Origin: Malacoraja senta
Taxonomy: Eukaryota
Reading direction: 5' to 3'
NCBI GenBank assembly: GCA_038087875.1
Contig: CM076000.1
Coordinates: 1,488,001-1,552,000 of the forward strand
Length of the DNA stretch: 64,000 nt
Both the position numbers and the translations under genes were made by a program. Below the pieces are notes generated by a model, which was given only the letters and a program-made list of their open reading frames with translations, had not been told where the DNA came from and ran no database searches. Shown here in pieces: positions 13,029-25,172 of this stretch (position 1 is its first letter; the number at the start of each line of letters is the position of its first letter).

Positions 13029-13325
13029 TAAGTAACCATTACTGTTTCACCAGAGCTACAGAGCACATCTTCCTTAAAAGGTGTGCAAGATTAACAAGAT
13101 GGTGATATATCTTATCTTAGTATTTCCTTTGCTGCTGAGGTATTTCTTGGTGGCTGTTAACGTAATGTAGATGATACTTTTTTCATTCCGAGACACACCA
13201 TGCCCACTCCCCAACAGTATTCCCTCTCCTTAAAGGAATATAATCACTGTGGTCTCTTTTTCCCCCCCACTTCAAATGCCATCAGAATCCATCAATTCTG
13301 AAATAGATAAAATAATCTCAGATAG

Positions 13326-13630
13326 GGCAGCATGATGGCACAGCAATAGAGTTGCTGCCTTACAGCACCAGAGACCCGGGTTCAATCCTGACTACAGGTG
13401 CTGTCTGTACTAAGTTTGTATGTTCTCCACCTGGGTTTTTTCTGGAAGCTCTGGTTTGCTCCTACACTCCAAAAACAAAAAGGTTTGTAAGTTTATTGGC
13501 TTCGGAAAAAATTGTAAATTGTCCCTAGTGTGTAGGATAGTGCTCGTGCTGGTGTACAGGGATCGTTGGTTGGCTTTGACTCGGTGGGCTGAAGAGCATG
13601 TTTTCACTCTGTATCTCTAAAAATCTAAAT
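13326..13630 (+). mobile_element. HE1-like V-SINE
   Basis: Head, V-domain and tail. Confidence 0.85.
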
Positions 13631-13750
13631 AACAATTTCAATCACCAGGACAAAACTTCCTGGTATCAATCTTGATTTGGGAGTTTATGAAACAATACAA
13701 ATATTATTAGGTGAGTGGACACTAATTTTCCAAAACCATTTCTGCTGTGA

Positions 13751-14240
13751 TTGATGGATCAGCACATTGATACAATCATAAAGGACATCCATCAACGCCT
13801 CTACTTCCTTAGAAGATTTGATATGTCAATGAATACTCTCTTGAACCTCGACAGGTGTGCAGCAGAGAGCATATTGACTGGTTGCATCGGGGCCTGGTAC
13901 GGCAACTCGAACACCCAGGAACAAAGAGGATTACAAATAATGATGAACACTGCCCGGTCCATCACAGGCTCCAACCTCCCCACCATTGAAGGGATCTACA
14001 GGAGTCGCTGCTTCAAAAAGGCAGCCAGCATCATCAAGGACCCACACCACCCTGGCCATACTCTCCTGCCATCGGGAAGAAGGTATGGGAGCCTGAAAAC
14101 TGCAATGTCAAGATCCAATAGCAGCTTTCTCCCTGCAACCATCAGGCTATTAAACACTGTAACCTACAAATAAGCTCCAAACTACATAGACTTGGGGGCA
14201 TTGTTTTTGTCTTTGCACTATTATTGTGTGTGTATGTATA
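13751..14240 (+). mobile_element. Rex1/Babar-type LINE 3' fragment
   Basis: HQRLYFLRR...ESILTGCIGAWYGN...DPHHPGHTLLPSGRRYGSL...SFLPATIRLLN. Confidence 0.8.
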
Positions 14241-14258
14241 TACATCTTTTTTATACTA

Positions 14259-14868
14259 CTAGACTAAGTGGGACCCGTTGGGTCCCAGTCACACGGGAGG
14301 CTGGTCCACCCAACGCAACCCATTCCCCAACGCAATATTACACCACTCACCTGTTCCCCAAAGCGGGGGGGGGGGGAAGCGGGGGGGGGTGGGGAGGGGG
14401 GGCTCGCACTCTGCTCACCCCGCACCTTCAGCTTTCGGCCTAATGCAGCAGATCCCGGTCCCACTCCGGCTTCACTCAGAGGCTTCCGGTTCAACTTAGC
14501 AGCTTCCGGCTGGTCGTGCTGGTTGCCGCAGAAGCAGCCCGCAGGCTGCTCACTCTCCGTAGGCTGCACACTCTCCGCGAGCTGCACACTCTCCGTGAGC
14601 AGCTCAACACACTCCTCCCCTTCAGCTTTTTATTCTCCTCGCCGCATTATTGACAGCGGGTTCCAGAAGGGGCGGTTTTTATGATTTTTAAACCTTCATA
14701 ACTTTTGTACTATTTCACCGATCGGAACAAAACTTATTTGACTTGCAGCAGAGGAGAATGGTAAGGTGGCGAAAAATCATAGCGCTATGGGGGATCGTTT
14801 TTGCGCAAATTTTAAAACAACGCAGACTGGAAGTGGTCAGGATGAGTCTTTTAGTAATTATATATATA
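14259..14868 (-). mobile_element. Non-autonomous Helitron
   Basis: 3' CTAG|T with hairpin gggacccgttgggtccc (14270-14286). Shares cacgggagggctggtcc and ccccaacgcaatatt with the 11680 element, and a similar 5' end (ttactaaaag). Confidence 0.75.
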
Positions 14869-16884
14869 TAACTTTTTTTTTTAAACACGCAATGAGGCCT
14901 AACACAGGGGTTGGCAACCTATGACCTAGAACCGGCCCGTAACCCAAACTCATCCAGCCCACAGGCGTATATTTTTTCCAATTAGTTTTCGCGACCTGGG
15001 AACTGCAGCCAGTCCTGGGGCACGCAGGCGACCTGGGCGCAACAGCGATCCCTGGGGCAAGCGAGCCGACCTGGGACTGGCTGTACCGCCAAGGTCACAA
15101 AACATGGGGGGGGGGTGGGATTGTCAGTACAGTTGGGGGGGGGGGGGGGAAGTTCCTTTCACAGCGTGTAGGGACTCTGGCTCGGGTCAGCACGGCCTGG
15201 GCTGCACAAATTAGTAAACTTGGCTGGGCCGCCAGGGGTAAAGTTGCGTGGAGGGCAGGAGCGTTGAGAAGGAGGGGGTCGGGGATCATGCCAGCAACTC
15301 ATTCACTCACTCAGTAGCTCGGGTGGCTGCGAGCGGCAGCCGGGACCGGACAGCGGAACTGACCGCCACCACGGTGTCCTTCGGCACAGGCGCAACCGGT
15401 GGAGGTTGGCGGGTAGCTACTGGGTGGAAGGCTAGCTGCTCTGTCCTGGGCTCTCTCTCTCCCCCCGTTATGTGATCTCCCTGAGCCAGGAAGTCCCCGT
15501 CCCTCAGACCTGAACCGCACAGCGCATTGTGGGACAGGCGAAGATGGAGGCTCCCCGGTCCAGGTTGCCTCCTTGGAGTTTCACATCTTCCTTTCTACTG
15601 ACTAAACCAAACCCTTGATCCTGTCCCGCCAGCCTTTTTTCAAAATTTAGCAACTCAAAATTGGGGGTGCGTCTTCATTGCCAGGAAATATGGTAAGTCT
15701 GCTGCTGCAGAACTGAATGAACGGCTAACAATAGACAATAGACAAACTTCTGAACATTGTGCATATTTTTAAAGAGCATCACTGCTGCTCTTACATTGTC
15801 CTCCACCAAAATTCACAGTAGGTTGTTACAAATATATTTCTGCAAAAATAAAATTTATTTTGGCAATCTTTCCAAAAATAAATAAATTCAGTCAAGAACG
15901 ATGCATTGAATAAAATAGAACTGCAAATATCATTTTTACAGCCATCTGCAAACCAGCTTGTGGCTGTAGTTCAGACTCTGCACAGACAGTTAAGCAGGCA
16001 GTCCAGTCTTTGAATAAACTTGCATCATCTGAAAGGCAAGAAGAGCCACACATAGGACATGTTGTCCTGGGGTCAGCTCTCGAGGCATTTGGAAAGCATT
16101 TAGGAGAACTATTCTCATAATTTGCACATGGTTAACCAACGTGACATTTTCCAGAGCCAACCATTTCAGTGTTGAGCAGCTGCAAGTCTTGTTGGCTTCG
16201 CCACCTCCCATCCAAGGAATAAAATACTCAAGCCTCCTGACTAAAAACATTCCATTAGCTAATAGTTTAACAGCAAAAACCTTCTCTGCTGCCAGAACAA
16301 TTATTGTGAGCACAGCACATAAAAACTGAGACAAACATCATAAAAACACATCAGTCTGAAGAAGGGTCTTGACCTGAAACGTCACCTATTCCTTTTCTCC
16401 AGAGATGCTGCCTGACCCGAGTAACCTGAGTTACTCCAGCATTTTGTATCTATCATATAACACGCTGCAGACTCAAGAGAGATGCTGGAATCTTGAGCAA
16501 AACACACACTGCTGGAGGTACTCAGTGGGTTATCAGTGGATCGACCGCAAAAAAAAGTGCACTATAGGAAGGGGAACCATTTTTAGATATAGCATGGAAA
16601 CAGGCCTTTTGACCCAATGAATGGACACTGACCAACAAAAACCTGTTCACAAAGTGATGGAGAAACTCAGCGGGTCAGGCTGCACTTGTGGAGAACATGG
16701 ATAGCTGACGTTTCGGGTCAAGAACCTTCTTGGAATGGATTCTGCTTCAGAACCCCCTGACAAACACCACTCCCGCATGGTCAAAATCAGTCTGAAGAAG
16801 GGTCTTGACCCAAAACATCATCTATTCATGTTCTCCAGGGATGCTCCCTGACCTGCTGAATTACTCCAGCACGTATTTTTTGTC

Positions 16885-17112
16885 ACTAGTTCTATGTTAC
16901 CCCACTTTCCTCTCCACTCCCTACACACTAGGGGCAATTTACAGAGTCCAATTAAACTACAAACCTGCACGTCTTTGGAATGTGTGAGAAAACCGAAGTA
17001 CCTGGAGGAAACCCATGGAGAACGTGTAAACTCCACACGCACTCAGTACCTGATGTCAGGATCAAACCCGTGTTTCTAGTGCTGTGAGGCAGTTGCTCTA
17101 CCACTGTGCCAC
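16885..17112 (-). mobile_element. HE1-like V-SINE (diverged) next to a cluster of Penelope ends (16350-16880)
   Basis: Reverse complement of head and V-domain. Confidence 0.7.
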
Positions 17113-18309
17113 CATACTTAATGACCTGGTGCTGTCTGTGCCACCTTAACAGACATTTCTGGGAACAATCCAGCCTTAGCCAACTCAGTGTGGTTAGACT
17201 TGATCATTAGGCAATATTAATGATTGTTTGAAGACACATGGAACTGTAGATGCTGGAGTCTTGAGCAAAACACAAAGTGCTGTAGGAACTCAGTGCATCA
17301 GGCAGCATCTGTGAAGGGAATGGGCAGGCAACATTTTGGATCGGGACCCTTCCTCTGACTCTCCTGACCTGAAATATCGCTCGTCCATTCTCCCTACAGA
17401 TGCTGCCTGACCTGCTGAGTTCCTCCATTACTTTGTGTATTAATGAATGCATCATGATCAATTTTTGCCCATTTCATCAAGAGCAAATTCAGAGCTCAGA
17501 CAAATGGATGCACATTTTGAAATTATATGAATTATATATCAATTATATTATTATACCTATAATTTATATTATATATACAATATAATTTATATTGTACATA
17601 AATTATATATTGAATTATAATGTCTGCTGACTGGATAGCACGCAACAAAATGCTTTTCACTATACCTCGATGCAGGTGACAACAAACCAAAATAACACTA
17701 AATAAAACTGGGGAAAAAAATTAAATTAAATCAATTCCACTTTCCTCTCCTTACCTCTGGTCTAACTATCCTTTGTCATCCTACAGCAAGCCCAAGGTAC
17801 TTATATTTTGAAAATGCAGTAACATGCCACTTGCAGAGTATATATTCACTACATTAAAACTTAATGTCTTTCATATTTATCTTTCAATATATTTGGAGTT
17901 AATCTTAAGAGTTGACGTAGAACAGGCTTTTCACGAGTTGACAATATAATGCACATACATGAAATGTCACAATGTAATTTTTAATCTAGCAGTAATGAAA
18001 TATTGAATTGTGGCAAGGGAACTTCAGAAAAAGGGGAAACCATGCTTTACTTGAACTTTTACAAGCACTATCCAGGCACACATCAGAAAGAAAGAGTTAT
18101 AAGTACTTAAGGCTGCCTCACAGGACCCAAAAATTCCAACTGTCATGCTTACATTTCTAGCTCTGGATTTATTTACACTCCCTGGTTCTGCAATAGCTGC
18201 GTAAATTCCAGAAGTATTACACAGATACATGTTGCTAGTCAGGATTAGTTTGACAACCTCAGAAAAAAAAACATACAAGGCAGTACAAAACTAGTTGTAT
18301 AAATGCTTA

Positions 18310-19241
18310 TCTCTATACCTATAAAAGTCTGATCCTGTGTCTGTCTGTCTGTCTTCATTGTATCTTCCTCAAAACGCTTACATTTTCACAGATTATTCAT
18401 CACATGAATCACGTCGACAAAATAAACTGCTTCATTTCACATTTCATGCTAAATTTCAAAAGTTATAGTGTTTTAAAAATAGCTAAAACCAAGGTTTTAA
18501 ATGGCACAAGTCCATCAACCCGCTTCGAATGACGTCACAAAGGAGGGGGGTGTGCGGCCACCAAGGAGGAGTGGGCGGCCACCAACTTCTAGTGACATTA
18601 AGGGGAGGGCCGCATTTAAATTACCGTTCCGCTTTTTCCGACCCGGGCTTCTACCCGCGACGCCCCGGCTGGGGTTTTACGCGGACATCAAGGAGGCATC
18701 GAGACTGCAGCGGTGTAGGAGACATCGAGACTGCAGCAGTGAGGCCTCGCGACGATGGGGCCACTGGGGAGGTGAAGAGGGAGAGTGGGGGGATTGAGGG
18801 AGAGGAGAGGGTAGGGAGGGTAGTTGCCACGTCTACACTCCCTCTCTACCCCATTCCTCTCTACCCTCCCTCCCCCTCTCTACACCCTCCCTATCTACCC
18901 TCACTCCCACCTTCTTTACCCCACTCCCTCTCCCTCTACCCCCTCCCTCTCTCTCTATACCCCCCTCCCCTCCGCCCCCTCCCCTTCTGCCCCCTCCCCC
19001 TCTAACGCCCCCCCTCTCTCTCTACCACCCCCTCTCTACCCCCATCCCCTCTAGGGATTGAAGAGGGAGGGTGAAGAGGAGGAGGAGGGAGTGCTGGGGA
19101 TGAGGAGAAATGAGCCGCGCCTGCGCAGTTGGGGCTATGCGCGAGTGGTGGAATATTGCGTTGGGGGAGCATTGGGGGAACGGGTGAGTGGTGGAATCTT
19201 GCTTTGGGGGAGCAGACCCAATGGGTCTGCACCTGGTCTAG
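18310..19241 (+). mobile_element. Non-autonomous Helitron with internal CT-rich tract
   Basis: A|TCTCTATACCTATAAAAGTCTGATC start; hairpin gcagaccca-a-tgggtctgc (19212-19230); end CTAG|T at 19238-19242. Confidence 0.8.
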
Positions 19242-19464
19242 TTACATATAAAATTGGGATTTAAGGATACACGTATAATTTTCTATTGATTAAAGTATTG
19301 TTAGCTACAGAAACTTTGCAATTGGTAAGAAAATAATTCAGTATGCTCTCCAAATCTGCAAAATTAAAAAAACTATGTAACCTTTGAAAATAGAGTTCTT
19401 TGTTATCAGTTTAAAATGTTCAAAATTTAAACTAATTCATCAGTTTTCGCCTTGAATATCGAAT

Positions 19465-20080
19465 ACAGTCCATAACTCCCTGAAAGTCGTGACACAAATA
19501 AAGTGGTAAAGGTGGCATATGGTATGCTTGTCTTCATTGGTCAGGGTATGGAATATCAGAGTCACAGAGTAGCATTATAGTTTTATAGGGCTTTGGTTAG
19601 GTTGCATTTGGACTACTGCGTGCGGTTCTGGTCACCCCAATACAGGAAGGATGTGAATGCTTTGGAACGGGTACAGAGGATGTTTAGCAGAATGATGCCT
19701 GGATTAGGGTATCTCTGCTACAAGGAGAGGAGGATAGAGGGTGGTCTTATAGAGTTGTATAGAATCATGAGGGTAAATGCACAGTCTTTTACTGAGAGCA
19801 AAGGAATATAAACTAGAGGACATTGGTTTAAGGTGAGGAGGGAAAGTACTAATAGGAACCAGAGGGGCAACCTTTTTGTTTACACAAAGGGTGGTGGGTA
19901 TATGGAACGAGCTGCTGGAGGAGATAGTTGAGATAGGTACTATCACAGCGTTTAAAACACATTTGGACATGTATAGAGGGATATGGGCCAAAAGCAGGCA
20001 GGTGGGACTAGTGTAGATGGGGCATGTTGGTTGACTTGGGCAAATTAAGCCGAAGGGCCTGTTTCCTCGCTGTCTGACTT
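19465..20080 (+). mobile_element. CR1-type LINE 3' fragment, degenerate
   Basis: LVRLHLDYCVRFWSPQYRKDVNALERVQRMFSRMMPGL, followed by 3'UTR. Confidence 0.8.
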
Positions 20081-22141
20081 TAAACATGAGAGAAAAACAA
20101 GATTGATTACATGCAATGCCACCAAATCACAAATTTACACAAACCTGTATTTCACAAAATGGATTTAAGAATGGATTTAAGAATTAGTATAACCTTTCTT
20201 TAAATTTGACAATTGCCAATTGATTTTGTTTCTACAATACTGGGATTATTAGAATTGCAAAAATTTAAAAAGGACTCAGATGCCAGAGAAAATGCAAACC
20301 TTGTTTTGGTTGCTAAAAACGTTCACACAACAGTAATGCTGATGGAATCCTCTCCCAGGAGTTTGTTGAAAACTAAACTACGCAGCTTTAATCCATGCCT
20401 ACGCCACAGCAAGTAATATGAAACACACTCTGGCTCAGTATAAAATTTCTGCTTTGCTTTGGATTGGAGATATTCCCAATAGAAATCGTTCCTTTGCCTC
20501 AAATCACTGCACAGTGTCTTCATCTTGCTGTTAATGGGAGCCAGTTTAAAATGCAACATAATGTTTGTGAAGGAAGAAAAACTAAACGCATTTATATAAT
20601 GCATTTCACAATCTTTGAATGTTCCAAATCACCATATTAGTTGGTGAAGTGACCACTGCTATAATGTTATACCTAGCAAGATCCCATTAACAACAGCACG
20701 AACTCTAGCAGATGTTGTACTTGAGAATAATGAATCATAGAACTTAGGGATTATGATTATCCTATAAATCACAAAAAAACATTATTCAACAATACTGCTG
20801 TTTGAAAAAACCTCTCCTTAGAGCATTTGATTTGATCTTGTGGAGATTGTCGACTGTATTAGCAAATATGGTGTGTTTGAATCAGATCAGAGTAGAAAGA
20901 AAGACTAAAGTTGGGTTCAGTATTGTTTTGCATAAACAGGGTTGCTAAGCACATACGGAACCATTTCTGACGGTCAGAAATATATCAGGTAGCCTCTAAT
21001 CTGCAGTTTCACAAATCTTCACAGTAATTTTATCAACCACACAAATGTGTTCTGCTTAAGGATTTAAAAAAAATTATCCCCCATGAGGGCAATAGATAGA
21101 ATAGATCCAAAGTAGGGGAATCAAGAACCAGAGGACATAGGTTCAAGGCAAGAGGAAAAATTTAATAGGAACCTGAGGGGCAATTTTTCCCACAGTGGGT
21201 GGTGGGTGTATGGATCAAGCTGCCAAAGGCGGTAATTGAAGCAGATACTATAACAACTACATGAATAGGAAAGGTTTGGAGGGATATCGGCCAAACGGGG
21301 GCAGGTGGAGCTAGCGTAGATGGGGCAACTTGGTCGAAATGGGTATGTTGGGCCAAAGGGCCCGTTTCCATGCTGTATGACTTGATGTATGATTATCTGA
21401 AAATAGTCACCACGTATGATTGGACATCTTTACATGGTTAGAGTTGTAGGAGGGAATTTTGTGCAGTAGAATCATACAGCATGGAAACAGGCCCTTTAGC
21501 CCAACTGGCCCACGCTGACCAAATTGCCTCATCTACACTTGCCCAAACTACCTGAATTTGGCCCATATCCCTCAAGATTAGACCTTGAAGGATTAGATTA
21601 AAAAGGACAGGCTCTTTTCTCTACAAAAGCAGGCTGAAAAGTTCATGGTGAGCAAATCTTGAGATTTTTGTTTTGTACATATTTTTTAAAACTGTTAAGT
21701 GTGAATGTATTAAGAGTTTTTGCATTTTGTATCTTTTTTTGATTCTGAAGTTTGAAGCAAATAATGGCATGCAAGATTTTGATAGTGTGTGTGTGTAGAT
21801 ATTTTTAACAGCAAGAGAGGCTAATTTACATGGTAGTGAAAACTTAATAATACATAATTTAGAGAATTCAGGAAAAAGTTATTTTCATGAAGCCTGATTA
21901 GAATACAGAACTTGCTATCACTTGCAATACATAGAGATGAACTGCTTAAAGGGTGACAAGGTGAACACATGGAGGGGGAATGGAAGAGAAGTTAATAATG
22001 ACAGAGTTAAATGAAAAGTGGAGAGGAAACTGATGTGGAGCATAAAGCAGCAGCATAGAGTGGTTAGGTCGTATGGCCATATTCAAGGTCATATTCAAAA
22101 GGGCAGCAATAATTATTAATAACTATCCATCTATCTATCCA

Positions 22142-22144
<3 letters not shown>

Positions 22145-22188
<44 letters not shown>

Positions 22189-22240
22189 ATATATATATAT
22201 ATATATATAATATATATTATATATATATATATATATATAT
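22145..22240. repeat. Compound (GT)n-(AT)n microsatellite
   Basis: Directly visible. Confidence 0.95.
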
Positions 22241-24195
22241 GTTTAAGTTTTGTTGTTACATTTTAACATTTCAATAAACATTTTTCTGACAAAACATAGA
22301 TGAATCTCCTTTTCAATAAGTTGGAGAAAACAAACATGAAGCCAGAGAAAGATGATGGAAACAAGCAGTAGCAAATATATTCACTTTTTAATCCTCAATC
22401 AATCCTGAACCAAAACTGTGGAATGCCACCAATGATAAAAATGTAAAACTGATAACACAGAACAAATTCCAGAACCCTTAATTGGCTCGATGATAAGGCA
22501 CTTTGAATTCTACAAGTGATAGATAAAATTTCTCAGCAAGCATCAACTAAGAGTAAGAACCCAAATGTGAACATGAGAGAATGTGCATGGTTGTGTGCCC
22601 AGGCATGTGATGATTTTACAATCAAATGGTCAGAACATACCACGGTGTAATGTCAAGTGTTGGCAGATAACGTACTGCTTAAAGACATTATGGAGCACAG
22701 GAGGACGAGGGGTGATCTTACATAGGTGTATAAAATCATGAGAGGAATAGATAGCGTGAATACACAGAGTCAAGAACCAGAGGACATAGATCTAGGGTGA
22801 GAGGGGCAAGATTTAAAAGGAATGAAGGGCAACTATTTCACTCAGAGAATGGTGGGTATATGGAATGAGCTGCCAGAGGAGATGGTGGGTGAGGCAGGTA
22901 CTATTACATCATTTAAAAGACATTTGACAAGTTCATGGACAAGAAAGTTTTTGAAGGATATGGACGAAACACAGGTAGGTGGGAATAGCGTAGATGAGGC
23001 ATCTTGCTCGGCATGGGCAATTTGGGCCTAAGGGCCTGTTTTCGTGTTGTATGACTCTATGATCCAACCAGATGTTATTTAGCTGCGCAAACACACACAC
23101 ACGCGCACACACAACAAGGTCATGCAGGTTAGAAACACCCAGAGATTTATTCCAACTATGCTAAATTAGTTTCTCAGCAGATATTGTCCAGATGGCCTCA
23201 TCCTTCCCACATTAGGAATATGAATATTAAATCATTACAGTTCTCAGTCCCGTGATTCATATGAGAGGAGATTTGGTATGTCAACAAACACTCTCCTGAT
23301 CTTCTAAAATGTCTTGACTCTTGCTAATAGGAAAACCACATTACAGTAAATGTCCCAAAATCCGCTTTCAGGCACAAAATGCTAGAGTAATTCAGCGGGT
23401 CAGGCAGCATCCTTGGAGAAAAGGAATAGGTGACGTTTGGGGTCGGACCCTACTTCAGACTGAAAGGGGAGAAGGTGGGGGGACGGGATACGAACTGGAG
23501 GCAAAATTAGCCAGAACTAATCAGGTCCAGCAACAGACAACCTCAGGCAGTGGGGAGCCCACAAAATACCACTTTCATGCTATTCAAAAATCCTGACAGT
23601 TTGGCATCTGCTTCATGAGATCCAGATTCCCAAATTCCTTTTCACACACCAGGCTCACGCACTCCCCTGAAGATCACCCGTTTCCCTGCACTCTTGAAAC
23701 CTATCGTGACCTTGTTACCTATGCTCCCTTTAAACTAAACAGATTCATTGGAACATTTATTATTCCACTGCATGACATCCAAAATAAAAGTACATGTGCA
23801 CTGAACATTCACAGGACATCCATTTGTGCCAGTGATTAGACATTTGGAAACACTTTCGAGACTCACGCTATCTCGGCAAGGCCACCACCATAACCAAGGT
23901 CCCATAACCATAACCCCAGTCACTCCCTCTTCTCCCCTCTCCCATCAGTCAAAAGGTATAGAAGTATGAAAACGCACACCTACAGATTCGGGGATAGTTT
24001 CTTCCCAGCTGCTATCAGGCAACTAAACTATCCTATCACCAACTAGAGAGCTGTCCCAAACTACTATTCTCCTCATTGGAGATCCTCAGACTATCTTTGA
24101 TCGGATTTTACTGGACTGTATCTTGCACTAAATGTTATTCATGTAATGCCCTTTATTATATGTCTGTTCAGTGTGGATGGCTCGATTGTAATCAT

Positions 24196-25172
24196 TAGAG
24201 CCAGGTTTTGCTATAAATGCCACGTGCCTTTTCATGCCATATATATTTTTGATGATTTCACCAGGATAATGCCTTTTTCACGATCGAGTGCCTAAATCAG
24301 CCCTTTTTGCTATTTTGCTAAAAGGTCGTGCTATTTTCTCAAGTTGTACCGTGATTACAGTGATGTTTTCTATGTGAACACGTTAATATTAATGTTATTA
24401 ACGCATTAACATAGTATAACTTACAAGAAAATTTCCACCACCGGGGCGAAACCGGGGGCGCCACTGTCGGTCGTTCATTCGTTCGTGCCACTGCCCACTG
24501 GTTCAGTCTTCTCCAAGATCTATTTAAGAAAGAACTGTAGATGCTGGAAAAATCGAAGGTAGACAAAAAATGCTGGAGAAACTCAGCAGGTGAGGCAGCA
24601 ACTATGGAGAGAGGAATAGGCAACTTTTCGGGTCGAGACCCTTCTTCAGACTGATGTGGGGGGGGGGAGCGGGAAAAAGAAAGGAAGAGGCAGAGACAGT
24701 AGGACTAGAAGGAGAGCTGGGGAGGGGGAGGGGGAGAAGGGAGAGGACAAGGGCTATCTAAAATTAAAGAAGTCAATGTTGATACCGCTGGGGTGTAGAC
24801 TACCCAAGCAAAATACCCAAGCTTGTCTCCTCACTACATTTACACTGGCTCCAGTCAAAATTTGAGTTTGAGTGATCTGTGCAAGGCATTCATTGATGTT
24901 GGAATTCCACTGTGGAAATTGGAAAGCAAATCTCTCAGAGGTTTTTTAGAGAAATACACAGAGGAACATATACCAAGCGAGTCATCATTACGGAAAAATT
25001 ATGTTGACAGCAACTTCAACATTGTTGTGCAGAAAATTAGAGATGAAGTTGCATGCAACAGAATATGGATTTTTTGGTCAATAAATGCCTTTTTTGTGCC
25101 TTCTTTGTAATTTTATTACACCTTTTTGCCTGTCTATTTCAGAGTTTTTAGTACCTAAACATCCTGGCTCTA
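24196..25172 (+). mobile_element. Internally deleted hAT transposon with CGGBP1-like transposase remnant and a nested Penelope 3' end
   Basis: TIR tagagccagg / cctggctcta; perfect 8-bp TSD gtaatcat (24188-24195, 25173-25180); remnant DLCKAFIDVGIPLWKLESKSLRGFLEKYTEEHIPSESSLRKNYV. Inserted in a Rex1-type 3'UTR (~23900-25245). Confidence 0.85.

Noticed and set aside
14904..15695. CpG-rich block as a regulatory island
   Set aside because: Begins with a hAT-like end (caggggttggcaacc) and finishes with a Tc1/pogo-like end (gaaatatggta); most likely transposon fragments, too ill-defined to annotate.
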